A stretch of 62,819 nt of DNA, counting the filler. It is 9 parts of 9 records of this genome, joined end to end, with 100 filler letters (N's around TTAATTAATTAA, not from the genome) between each part and the next. Parts side by side here need not be neighbours in the genome. Positions count along the whole stretch, not along the records: positions 1 to 6,382 come from SRR31147125_19764; positions 6,483 to 11,863 come from SRR31147125_19771; 7 more parts are not named here. One strand, given 5' to 3'. The position numbers and the translations under genes are program-made. The notes under the pieces are model-generated. The model made no database searches. It worked only from the letters and a program-made list of their open reading frames with translations, and was not told where the DNA came from. Positions 1 through 9,327 of the stretch are shown here, one piece after another. Position 1 is the first letter of the stretch. Each line of letters begins with the position of its first letter.

Positions 1-2
1 GT

Positions 3-31
3 ATGAACCGGGTATAATACACCCGGTTCAT
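3..31. terminator. Perfect hairpin, probable terminator downstream of the ferritin-like gene
   Basis: ATGAACCGGGT-7nt-ACCCGGTTCAT. Confidence 0.55.
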
Positions 32-104
32 TGCGCGCAATACTAATGCTGCTTACCTATGTAATTAATCAAAGCCATTTTATCTGCTTCATGCATCCTG
101 GCTT

Positions 105-632
105 TTAAACACCCCGGCAGCCGTTTTTTGTGTATAAGTAGCTGTAGAGCAGCCCGTGCCGGAGTTCATCTGTAATGATCTGCGTGACCGTATTAAAATG
201 CGAGCGCGTTTGCATGGCATAAAGAATCTGCCGGTATTTTCTGACGGCGTTTTGTTCGCCGATGAGCGCTTTAGCCAGTCCTGCGCAATAGGATGGCGGC
301 GGTGTAAACGACTCTTCGGGCGCCGGCGGGACGCTCTGGCCCGTGATCTGTGTGTAAAGCCGGTGAAACAGCCCGTAATGGCCGATCTCATCGTCACGAA
401 TACCGGATATGATCTGTCTGTCCTCGTTTGACGGCGCGTGCTCTATAAGCCAGGAGTAAAACAATCTGTCCTCTGTTTCGCCGCCCGTGGCGTCCACAAT
501 GAGCGAGAGCGCATTTTGAAGATTCTGCGGGTAGGAAAACAGCTCTTCCGGTGGCGTCAGATTTTGTCCGGCCGGCTCGGCGGCCGGCACAGCGTAGCCA
601 TATGTATCATGCTGATAATTCGTTTTGCACAT
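105..632 (-). CDS. Ferritin-like/rubrerythrin-domain protein (spore-associated type)
   Basis: Di-iron motifs E...DEIGH and EQNA...DELRH; purine-rich RBS upstream. Confidence 0.75.
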   Translation of the reverse strand: MCKTNYQHDTYGYAVPAAEPAGQNLTPPEELFSYPQNLQNALSLIVDATGGETEDRLFYSWLIEHAPSNEDRQIISGIRDDEIGHYGLFHRLYTQITGQSVPPAPEESFTPPPSYCAGLAKALIGEQNAVRKYRQILYAMQTRSHFNTVTQIITDELRHGLLYSYLYTKNGCRGV

Positions 633-790
633 CTCCCTTCAGATTATACATACCAGTATATGACGCCGGGTGTTTATTGGTTTGACAATATGTCCGCACC
701 GACTGAAGTACGTATCCGCCGCGGCACTTTTCACAAGCCAGCGGATGTGGTATACTTTAAACGCTTTTATTAAACTAAAGAGGTACAACA

Positions 791-2191
791 ATGAGTACGT
801 GCGAGAAATTCGACGTCGCCGTTATCGGCTGTGGGATTGCCGGCATTTACGCCGCTTATGAGCTGTCAAAGCTCAACCCCGAGCTTGGGGTGCTCGTTCT
901 GGAGCAGGGCGAGGATATCCACAAAAGAAGCTGCCCGATGGTGGCGCATAAGACCAAGGAATGCATTAACTGCGCTTCGTGCGCGATTATGCGCGGTTTC
1001 GGCGGCGCCGGTGCTTATTCCGACGGTAAATATAACTTCACAACGGAGTTCGGCGGCTGGCTCAGGGATTACCTGCCGGATTCGGAGATCATGGAGCTCA
1101 TCAACTACGTAGACTCCGTCAACGTCCGGTTTGGCGCGACAGAGGTTGTTTATTCAACCCAGAGTGAAGAGGCGCTTAAGTTGGAAAAAAAGGCGCTGGA
1201 AAACGACCTGCATCTGCTGGGCGCAAAGGTTAAGCACCTCGGCACTGAAAACAATCTCCAGATCCTCAAAAACATTTTCGCATATATGAAGGACAAGGTG
1301 ACGCTGCGTTTTGGCACGTCTGTTCTCAATATCCATGCGGAAAAAGACGGCTATCGCCTCGAGACATCCGGCGGCGACGTGGCCTGCCGGTATCTCATCG
1401 CCGCACCCGGCCGGTCCGGGGCGGAATGGTTTTCCGAGCAATGCCGTAAGCTGGGCCTTGACATCATTAACAACCAGGTGGATATCGGCGTGCGCGTCGA
1501 GCTGCCGGCCAAGGTCTTTGAGCATATTACAAACGCCGTATACGAGTCCAAGCTCCTTTACAGGACGAAGCAGTACGGCGACACAGTACGCACCTTCTGC
1601 ATGAATCCGTACGGCCACGTTGTGACCGAAAACGTCGACGGCCTTATGACCGTTAACGGCCACAGCTACTCCGATCCTGCGCTCCAAAGCGAAAACACCA
1701 ACTTCGCCCTTCTGGTCTCCAACCGGTTTACAGAGCCCTTTAAGGAGCCGTACAAGTACGGCAAGCATATCGCCTCCCTGTCCAATATGCTCAGCGGCGG
1801 CGTATTGATCCAGCGCTTCGGAGACCTTTTAAAGGGTACGCGCACCAACGAGCACCGGCTGAGCAAAAGCTTTGTCAAACCCACGCTCACGGCCACACCC
1901 GGCGATTTGAGCCTCGTTTTGCCCAAGCGCCATATGGACAACATTATCGAGATGCTCTTTGCCCTTGATAAAATTGCGCCGGGCACCGCCAATTACGACA
2001 CGCTATTGTACGGCGTTGAGGTTAAGTTCTATTCGTCACGCCCCCAGCTGACCGCCTCGCTTGAAACGAATATGACGAATTTTTACGCCATAGGCGACGG
2101 CGCGGGCATCACCCGTGGCCTGGCGCAGGCAGCCGCCAGCGGCGTTATCGCCGCGCGGACCATCCACGAAAAGATCGTGCCTCAAAAATAG
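791..2191 (+). CDS. FAD-dependent oxidoreductase (COG2509-type uncharacterised dehydrogenase)
   Basis: N-terminal GxGxxG (IGCGIAG), GGAGAYSDGK, RTFCMNP and C-terminal GDGAG; RBS GAGG. Confidence 0.85.
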   Translation: MSTCEKFDVAVIGCGIAGIYAAYELSKLNPELGVLVLEQGEDIHKRSCPMVAHKTKECINCASCAIMRGFGGAGAYSDGKYNFTTEFGGWLRDYLPDSEIMELINYVDSVNVRFGATEVVYSTQSEEALKLEKKALENDLHLLGAKVKHLGTENNLQILKNIFAYMKDKVTLRFGTSVLNIHAEKDGYRLETSGGDVACRYLIAAPGRSGAEWFSEQCRKLGLDIINNQVDIGVRVELPAKVFEHITNAVYESKLLYRTKQYGDTVRTFCMNPYGHVVTENVDGLMTVNGHSYSDPALQSENTNFALLVSNRFTEPFKEPYKYGKHIASLSNMLSGGVLIQRFGDLLKGTRTNEHRLSKSFVKPTLTATPGDLSLVLPKRHMDNIIEMLFALDKIAPGTANYDTLLYGVEVKFYSSRPQLTASLETNMTNFYAIGDGAGITRGLAQAAASGVIAARTIHEKIVPQK

Positions 2192-2207
2192 TATTCTAAC
2201 GAACAAA

Positions 2208-2236
2208 CCCCCCGCCGTCGGCGGGGGGATTGTTTC
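2208..2236 (+). terminator. Rho-independent terminator
   Basis: CCCCCCGCC stem pairing with GGCGGGGGG followed by ATTGTTTC just after the stop codon. Confidence 0.6.
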
Positions 2237-2322
2237 CTCATGACTATAAATTTTGTACTACCTGGCTATTTAAAGCACAAGAGGCTGCATGCAGCCCCTT
2301 GCTTATAGATATTATCGTCCAA

Positions 2323-2429
2323 GCCTCCCTTGTTAAAGGGAGGTGGCGCGCAGCGCCGGAGGGATTCACTGCATAAGAAAAAGAATCCCCCAGTCACCAG
2401 CCGGTGACAGCCCCCTTTAACAAGGGGGC
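2323..2429. repeat. Inverted doublet of a palindromic REP-like element
   Basis: GCCTCCCTTGTTAAAGGGAGG...GGAGGGATTC (2323-2367) and an inverted related copy GAATCCCCC...CCCCCTTTAACAAGGGGGC (2383-2429). Confidence 0.7.
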
Positions 2430-2444
2430 CGTTTCATCAATCAA

Positions 2445-4328
2445 TCAGTTGCCTTCGTCGTAGGGTGTCAGTCCGTTCTCCTCGATCATACCGGGAAGTA
2501 CGAAGCTGTGAAGCTCCGCCAGCAGCGCGTCATATTCCTCGGCATACTCCGGCGAATGGGACACGACGTCTTTAAACAATTCGCACGAATAGACGTAGCT
2601 GTCATCCCGAGCAAAGTGAAGAACGTCGTCTTCGTTGTGAGCCATCCTGTAGTCTTCAAACTCAGCGTTTACATGGCGCACGATCCGGAATAGCAAGCCG
2701 CCTTGATAAAAGCCGGCCTCGATTACAACATTGTCCTCAGACTGGACGCCCCTGGGAAACAGCATATTGGCGTAATCCAACGGCAGCGGGACGGTCAGGT
2801 CCAGATTCTGAAAATTGATGCTACGGACCTGCTCCAGGTCAAAAGCATCCACCGGGGTCAGCTGGAATATGTGGTGTGTAAAGCCGCCGGCCAAGGCCAG
2901 CCAAATCTCTCCGTCCATCTCATAAACCCGGTATCGCGGGAATGACATATTCTGTTCGTTAAGCGTAAATACCACGCGCTCGCTGTATTGAGAGATATCA
3001 GGTATGCCGAAACTGATGTCCGCAGGCCCTAACTGCGCCTCGAATGATGTCTCGTCTACGGCTGATGCCTCGTAAACGACGGGTATGATGGTCAAATCCC
3101 CTTCGTTCGTCAGGAGCATCATCGTATGGGCGCCCAATATATAAGTCGGCATTTGCTCCTTAACCGGCGCATAAGAGCTCGCAGGGCTGGCGTAGATGCT
3201 TTTTTCAAAGCGGTACATTCCAAAAGGCGGAAGGATCTCCCCGGACTGCTCCGCTGATGCGCCCGGCGTTGGCTCAAATGAATTTTCCGCCGCATCCGGC
3301 AACGCCGCCATTGACGCGTCGGACGACGGGTCCGCTACGGGCGTCTCTTCCCCGCTCCCTTTTGGGTTGGCGGCGCAGGACACGATGACGGCGATACACA
3401 GCAGTGCCGCCAAGGCCGTAATGCCGACGCGCGGCTTTTTAAAGCGCAGGATATTTTTAATGCGACCTCTGACGAGAGACTCTCCGAAGGCCAGCGGACT
3501 GGCGCCGGGAAACCGCCGTCCAACCGCAAACGACAAAAGCGACGCGCTGTAATCACTCTTGATATCACCGCCTGTCTCGGACAACACCTTCTCGTCACAG
3601 CTCATTTCCATATCCCGTGCCATCAGCATAAATGCCAGCCACGCAAGCGGATTGAACCAGTGCAGGCACAATATCAGAAAGGCTACGAGCTTAATGACTG
3701 GGTCCTTTCTATCAATATGGCAGGCTTCATGACGCAGGATATAGCTCTTCTCCCGCTCGGTCAGGCCAAATGGGATATAGATTCGTGGCTTGAGAAAACC
3801 CAGTACAAACGGCGAACGGATAGTATCGGCCTCAAAAACGTTGCCCGTAAGCCTAACAGCGGTCGACACGCGCTTTCTCAGCCTCAGGTATGATAGCAGA
3901 CTATACGCCGCCAGCGCTGCCAGCCCGATGATCCAGATAATCGCCCCGGCCAAGAGCCAGGCATCAAGCGGATTGACGCTGGATACGCCCGGATAGACCG
4001 GCAGACGCTCGCTGATAACCGTATTGGCCGCGGAAATACCAACCGTTAAAGACGGCTCTGCCGTCCGCCCGATATCGGACGGAATATATTGCAGCACCGA
4101 TTCTCCGGCGCTCTGAGCCTTTGTCATGTTGAACAGGCCCGTGTTAAATATGCTCAAAACAGACGCAAACGATATGGGGCAGGCCAGTCGGAACCCGACG
4201 GCGCTCCAAAGCAGGTACGCGTATTTTTTCGGCGCTTTTTTTAGAAGGAGGCGTACCAAAAGCACAGCGATAATCACGTAGCAGCCCGTCACGCTCATGT
4301 TTAAAACAGACAGGAAAACCTCGCGCAT
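2445..4328 (-). CDS. BlaR1/MecR1-like M56 metallopeptidase signal transducer
   Basis: N-terminal TM helices, SPFVLG, HEACH (HExxH), LHWFNPL, EMSCDE; follows a BlaI-like gene. Confidence 0.9.
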   Translation of the reverse strand: MREVFLSVLNMSVTGCYVIIAVLLVRLLLKKAPKKYAYLLWSAVGFRLACPISFASVLSIFNTGLFNMTKAQSAGESVLQYIPSDIGRTAEPSLTVGISAANTVISERLPVYPGVSSVNPLDAWLLAGAIIWIIGLAALAAYSLLSYLRLRKRVSTAVRLTGNVFEADTIRSPFVLGFLKPRIYIPFGLTEREKSYILRHEACHIDRKDPVIKLVAFLILCLHWFNPLAWLAFMLMARDMEMSCDEKVLSETGGDIKSDYSASLLSFAVGRRFPGASPLAFGESLVRGRIKNILRFKKPRVGITALAALLCIAVIVSCAANPKGSGEETPVADPSSDASMAALPDAAENSFEPTPGASAEQSGEILPPFGMYRFEKSIYASPASSYAPVKEQMPTYILGAHTMMLLTNEGDLTIIPVVYEASAVDETSFEAQLGPADISFGIPDISQYSERVVFTLNEQNMSFPRYRVYEMDGEIWLALAGGFTHHIFQLTPVDAFDLEQVRSINFQNLDLTVPLPLDYANMLFPRGVQSEDNVVIEAGFYQGGLLFRIVRHVNAEFEDYRMAHNEDDVLHFARDDSYVYSCELFKDVVSHSPEYAEEYDALLAELHSFVLPGMIEENGLTPYDEGN

Positions 4329-4329
4329 A

Positions 4330-4697
4330 TCAGCCCTCCCCTTCCCGGTGGGTGTCGATCAGCCGTTTGAGCTCATCGGCCTCCCGTTTGGATATCGTAC
4401 GTCCGCCTAAAAAAGCCGTCAGGAACTTCGGCAGCGAGCCGTCAAACGTACGCTCGACAAAATAGGCGCTTTCCCGGGCCTGCACGTTTTCTTTCGGAAT
4501 CAGCGAGGTCACAACCGTGTCCTCGTTTTTCAGGAAGCCCTTTTCGCCCATCTTTCGCAAAACCGTATAGGTCGTTGATTTCTTCCATCCCAGCTTTTCG
4601 CCGCAAAGCGTGACAAGCTGTCCAGAGGGACCGGCTCGTTTTCCCACACAACCGTCATAAAGCGGTAGTCACTTTCACACAGCATGATGTTTTCCAT
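4330..4697 (-). CDS. BlaI/MecI/CopY family repressor (split by a 1-nt deletion near 4627-4629)
   Basis: MENIMLCESDYRFMTVVWENEPV joins SGQLVTLCGEKLGWKKSTTYTVLRKM...FDGSLPKFLTAF if one C is added to the CCC run; RBS GGAGG. Confidence 0.85.
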
Positions 4698-4707
4698 ATC
4701 AGCCCTC

Positions 4708-4763
4708 CGGTTTATAGTTGTAAACTCTAGCTCGAGTTTACAACTATAAACCGATTGTGTCAA
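4708..4763 (-). promoter_or_regulatory. sigma70-type promoter overlapped by two inverted BlaI/CopY-type operator boxes
   Basis: Minus-strand TTGACA (4763-4758)-17nt-TAAACT; perfect 20-bp inverted repeat 4708-4727/4734-4753, each arm containing TACA-AC-TATA (close to the TACAnnTGTA box). Confidence 0.75.
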
Positions 4764-5020
4764 GTCTTTTCTTGATAATTTCTGAAATATCGTCTATTTT
4801 GCTTATATCTTACACAATGTTAACTTCTCAGCACTTGATTAATTTACCGATTGCTATATGATGGAGGAAGGGAAAGCTTAACACTTTCCCTCTAAGTACC
4901 GGACATGGTTAAAACCTAAAATGAGACGGACAAAAAACCTCTCACGTAGGAGTATATTCTTTCAGCACTATTTTAGTGTGTCGCACAGTATTAATGCTGC
5001 AACGACGTACGGGAGGTTTT

Positions 5021-6313
5021 ATGGGAAAAAAGAAACTGTCAAAACAAGAGAGAAGCTGGGCGCTGTATGACCTGTCGTCCTCTGCCATCACGCTGATGCT
5101 GACAGCCATCATACCGATCTATATGAAATCAGTCGCCCATACCGCCGGCATGACCGACGCACAGTCAACGGCACACTGGGGCTTTCTCAACTCCGGTGCG
5201 ACGCTGGTATTGGCTTTCCTGGCCCCGGTCATCGGCGCGCTGGCGGATTTCAAGGGCAATAAAAACAGGATATTTAACCTGTTTTTCACCATCGGCGTTG
5301 TCGCCATCATCGCAGCCGTCTTTATCGACAATTACACGGCACTTTTAATCGTCAACCTGGTCCTCATATTCGGTTACAACGGTACATATGTCGTCTACGA
5401 CGCGTTCCTCGTCGACGTAACGACGAATGACCGGATGGACTACATCTCATCGTTCGGCTATGGCATCGGCTATATTGGCAGCTGCGTTCCGTTCGTCCTC
5501 AGCCTCGGGCTAATCTTCTTCGAGCCTTTCGGTCTAGCCGGTGCATCCGCTATCAAAGCCTCTTTACTCTTAAACGGTATATGGTGGTTATTGTTCTCGA
5601 TACCGTTTTTAAAAAACGTCCGGCAGGTCTACTGCATCGAAAAGACTGAGCACGTCGCCAGAAAGTCCCTGAAAAATGTTTTTGTCACGCTTAAGAAAAT
5701 CACCCGTGACAAGGTGATGGGTCTGTTTTTACTGGCGTATTTCTTTTATATTGACGGTGTACATACCATTATCACAATGAGCGCTCAGATCGGTGCGGAT
5801 AAGGGGATCGATTCTACCCAGATGGTGCTGGCGCTTCTCGCCACGCAGGCTGTGGCCGCCGTGTCTGTAATGATCTGCGCAAAGCTTGTTAAAACCACAA
5901 AGGCCAAACCGATTATTCTCGTATCTGTTCTTGTATTCGCCGGCGTGTGCCTGTTTGGCTTTTTCATGACCACCGGCCTGCACTTCTGGATTATGGCCAT
6001 TCTCGTTGCGCTCGTTCTGGGCACGACGCAAGCGCTCTCCCGCTCGTTTTTTGCCAAGCTCATCACGGATAAAGACCGCAACAACGAATACTTCGGCTTT
6101 TACAGTATTATGACGCGCTACGCTGCCATCCTAGGCCCACTGATTGTGGCTGGCCTGACCCTGTGGACGGGCGACTCGCGCTTTGGCATACTGGGCATCA
6201 TGTCCCTGTTCATCATCGGCTTTCTCATCTTACTCGGTGTCAAGGAGCCGGACGTTGATCTTGACCCGGCGACTGAAAAATGCGAAGAAAAGGCTGCTGC
6301 CGAAACGACCTGA
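5021..6313 (+). CDS. MFS transporter (UMF1/Atg22-like)
   Basis: About 12 hydrophobic segments; SWALYD, GALAD and SRSFFAKL motifs; ATG 5021 after GGAGG. Confidence 0.85.
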   Translation: MGKKKLSKQERSWALYDLSSSAITLMLTAIIPIYMKSVAHTAGMTDAQSTAHWGFLNSGATLVLAFLAPVIGALADFKGNKNRIFNLFFTIGVVAIIAAVFIDNYTALLIVNLVLIFGYNGTYVVYDAFLVDVTTNDRMDYISSFGYGIGYIGSCVPFVLSLGLIFFEPFGLAGASAIKASLLLNGIWWLLFSIPFLKNVRQVYCIEKTEHVARKSLKNVFVTLKKITRDKVMGLFLLAYFFYIDGVHTIITMSAQIGADKGIDSTQMVLALLATQAVAAVSVMICAKLVKTTKAKPIILVSVLVFAGVCLFGFFMTTGLHFWIMAILVALVLGTTQALSRSFFAKLITDKDRNNEYFGFYSIMTRYAAILGPLIVAGLTLWTGDSRFGILGIMSLFIIGFLILLGVKEPDVDLDPATEKCEEKAAAETT

Positions 6314-6353
6314 TCCCCTGAAAGGCGTCGCTTAATATCCTTCAAATTATCTT

Positions 6354-6379
6354 GTAGGGCCCGATGCCCTCATCGGGCC
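6354..6379 (+). repeat. GTAG-type REP element
   Basis: GTAG followed by perfect hairpin GGCCCGATG-CCCT-CATCGGGCC at the contig end. Confidence 0.65.
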
Positions 6380-6382
6380 GTT

Positions 6383-6482
6383 NNNNNNNNNNNNNNNNNN
6401 NNNNNNNNNNNNNNNNNNNNNNNNNNTTAATTAATTAANNNNNNNNNNNNNNNNNNNNNNNNNNNNNNNNNNNNNNNNNNNN
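6383..6482. other. Artificial contig linker
   Basis: N-run, TTAATTAATTAA, N-run. Confidence 0.99.
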
Positions 6483-6483
6483 A

Positions 6484-7458
6484 AAAAACTCGAAAGTAAG
6501 CGGTTGGAACGAATGTATGGGAACCTACATAATGGCTGCTGCATCGCCAACTCATACCATTCCGAAAAGTGTTTACACTGAAGGTTGGGCACGAAACGGG
6601 AATATGGTAAAATCCGACAGAAGTTATTATGGGTACGATATAAACCTTGCCCGCGATTGGGGAGGACCTCTTTTCTGGATTCATTATGCACACCACGGAA
6701 TTAATCCGAAAGGCTTAAAAGATGAATATGCCGATTACTGGCAAGAGCATGTAAATACAGCTAAAATTCATTACGAATATGCAAAAGATAATCCTTTGGG
6801 ATTCGAAAATTACAGCGAAAAATGTTGGGGCTTAACCGCCAGCGACGACCCCGATAGTTACACTGCCCATAAACCTATGGATAACGATAATGGAACTGTT
6901 AGTCCAACTGCGGCATTGGCAAGTATGCCTTATACACCCGAAGAATCGATGAAAGCACTAAAATATTTTTACCGTGAACGGGGTAGCGAATTGTTTGGAG
7001 AATACGGACCCTACGATGCCTTTAACGATACCCGCGACTGGGTAAAAGAATCGTACATCGGAATCGACCAGGGACCAATTGTAATTATGATTGAAAATCA
7101 CCGAACCGGACTTTTATGGGAAAATGTAATGAAAGATGAAGACGTGCAGGCAGGATTGGATAAGTTGGGACTTCAGTATGAAGTAATAACCGATGCAAGG
7201 GAAATCGCAACGAACAATTCATTTAAAGTTTATCCGAATCCGGCAACGACTAAGGTTCACTTCAATTTCGATGAGATAAATCAAAACCAGGCAGTTACAG
7301 TAAGCATTTTTTCAATGGACGGAAAGTGTTGTTTTAACCGGCAAATTGATAAAGCTGAGTCATCTTTAGATTGCTCGTCTTTACAAAATGGTGTTTATGT
7401 GTTTCGGGTAGAAAGCGGAACAGATGTTTTTCACGGGAAACTTGTAATTAAAAAATAA
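6484..7458 (+). CDS. GH144/glucoamylase-family glycoside hydrolase with T9SS C-terminal sorting domain (5' truncated)
   Basis: GWNEC, GGPLFWIHY, WGLTAS, IDQGP; C-terminal VYPNPA...LQNGVY...KLVIKK. Confidence 0.85.
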   Translation, partial: KNSKVSGWNECMGTYIMAAASPTHTIPKSVYTEGWARNGNMVKSDRSYYGYDINLARDWGGPLFWIHYAHHGINPKGLKDEYADYWQEHVNTAKIHYEYAKDNPLGFENYSEKCWGLTASDDPDSYTAHKPMDNDNGTVSPTAALASMPYTPEESMKALKYFYRERGSELFGEYGPYDAFNDTRDWVKESYIGIDQGPIVIMIENHRTGLLWENVMKDEDVQAGLDKLGLQYEVITDAREIATNNSFKVYPNPATTKVHFNFDEINQNQAVTVSIFSMDGKCCFNRQIDKAESSLDCSSLQNGVYVFRVESGTDVFHGKLVIKK

Positions 7459-7463
7459 GAGTA

Positions 7464-9302
7464 ATGAAGAAATCTTTATATACGACGACTCTACTTTTCC
7501 TACTAATATGTGGAACCGTTTTCGCACAAGAGAAACATTTGTTTATCCTCTCCGGACAATCGAATATGGGAGGTTTACAACCCGAAGAATCGTTTACGCC
7601 TACAGTTGAAGCTGAGTTTGGGAAAGAAAATGTTATTGTAATTAAAGATGCACTGGGCGGGCAACCTATTCGTCGTTGGTATAAAAACTGGAAACCAAAA
7701 GTAGGTGATGAACCGGTGGCTTCAGGCGATTTGTACGACAGACTCATGGAAAAGGTAAATGCATCGATTTCAGGAGAAAAACTGGAAACAGTTACGTTTA
7801 TTTGGATGCAGGGCGAACGCGATGCCCGTGAAAAGCATGGTGAAGTTTACAAGGAAAGCCTCATTGGTTTATATAAACAACTAAGCAATGATTTGAACCG
7901 AAACGACATCAATTTTGTAAATGGGCGCTTAAGCGATTTCGACATGGCAAATGCCAAATATCCGCACTGGACAATGGTTCGTGAAATTCAGGTAGAAGTT
8001 GCCAACACAAATCCTCGCTTTACGTGGGTGAATACCGACGATTTAAACGACGGTGTTAACCGAAAAGGCAAAGCAATTAAAGATGATTTACACATGTCTG
8101 CCAAGGGATATGTTATTCTTGGAGAACGGTTTGCACAGGAAGCAATCAAATTAATAGAAAGTAATCCTGTCAGAAAAAACGATGGAGTTGATGTTGAGGA
8201 TGCCATTAAAAAATCTAAAACACTTCAATCTACTGAAAAGGCTTACAAAGTTCGCGGCGAAATAAAATACAAACAACCCATTGATTTAAATGATGGCATT
8301 AAAACAGCAAATGCAGAGGCGTTAAATGTGAACCTTTCATTGTTGATGGAAACCGTTAACGAAATCGAATCAGACAATCAAGAGTATAAAAAGAAATACG
8401 ACGGTGGAACACCTTTTCAATCACTCATTAAAAACGGATGCATTGAAAGTTTTCTTTTGTACACTGACGGAGCTTTGGTTCTGGAAGAGTATTTTGGTTT
8501 TTCCGACATCGACATTCCTCATTACCAAATGTCAATTACCAAAAGTGTGGCTTCTTATGCCATGGGAATTGCAATCGACCAGAAAGTGGTGAAAAGTGAA
8601 AATGATTTTATCCTCGATTATCTTCCAGAAGTTGAACAGTCTAAGCTTTCCGAAAACTCAAAAAATATTAGAATACGAGACGTTTTGTCCATGCAATCTG
8701 GTATTCGTTTAAGCGATTTAAAATATAAAGAAGCCAAAACGGATATTGATAAAAGAGTGGAGCAAATTCTATCAAACTCAAATACGCTTGAACCCGGAAC
8801 TGAGTATAAATATTACAGTATCGACCCGGAAATAGCTGTGCATATTTTATACAATACCACAAAAATGGATATGGCAGATTATGTGAATGAAAACCTGTTT
8901 GCACCGATGGGAATTACTGACTTTTCGTTCGACAAATCTGCAACAGGTTTAACAAAAGCCGCTGCCGGAATGAAACTACGTTCGCGAGATATGTTAAAAT
9001 TAGGAATCCTGAATTTGGACAAAGGGAAATTTAATGGCAAACGAATAATCAGTTCACGGTGGGTAAAAAAAGCAAATAAGGAACATGCTGATAATGGCAA
9101 TAATAAATATGGATATTATTGGTGGACTCACTTCATAAACTACAATAACAAACAATACGAAATTAATTCGTGTCGTGGTGCTCACGGGCAATTTATTTAT
9201 GTAATTCCGCAGCTAAATTCAGTGGCAGTATTTACAAGCAACGGAACACGAAAAGCCTTTTCTGTATTGGAAGAGGTAATTATACCAACTTTATCAAATT
9301 AA
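7464..9302 (+). CDS. Secreted fusion: SGNH/sialate O-acetylesterase domain plus beta-lactamase-family serine hydrolase
   Basis: Signal peptide; GQSNM, QGERD and DDLH (SGNH); SITK (SxxK), YYS and RGAHGQ (class C beta-lactamase fold). Confidence 0.8.
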   Translation: MKKSLYTTTLLFLLICGTVFAQEKHLFILSGQSNMGGLQPEESFTPTVEAEFGKENVIVIKDALGGQPIRRWYKNWKPKVGDEPVASGDLYDRLMEKVNASISGEKLETVTFIWMQGERDAREKHGEVYKESLIGLYKQLSNDLNRNDINFVNGRLSDFDMANAKYPHWTMVREIQVEVANTNPRFTWVNTDDLNDGVNRKGKAIKDDLHMSAKGYVILGERFAQEAIKLIESNPVRKNDGVDVEDAIKKSKTLQSTEKAYKVRGEIKYKQPIDLNDGIKTANAEALNVNLSLLMETVNEIESDNQEYKKKYDGGTPFQSLIKNGCIESFLLYTDGALVLEEYFGFSDIDIPHYQMSITKSVASYAMGIAIDQKVVKSENDFILDYLPEVEQSKLSENSKNIRIRDVLSMQSGIRLSDLKYKEAKTDIDKRVEQILSNSNTLEPGTEYKYYSIDPEIAVHILYNTTKMDMADYVNENLFAPMGITDFSFDKSATGLTKAAAGMKLRSRDMLKLGILNLDKGKFNGKRIISSRWVKKANKEHADNGNNKYGYYWWTHFINYNNKQYEINSCRGAHGQFIYVIPQLNSVAVFTSNGTRKAFSVLEEVIIPTLSN

Positions 9303-9327
9303 TCTAAAACAATAACCTTAATAAGTC

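Noticed and set aside
7464-9302. Antibiotic-resistance beta-lactamase
   Set aside because: The fold is shared by many esterases and amidases; the SGNH fusion and glycan-locus context argue against resistance.
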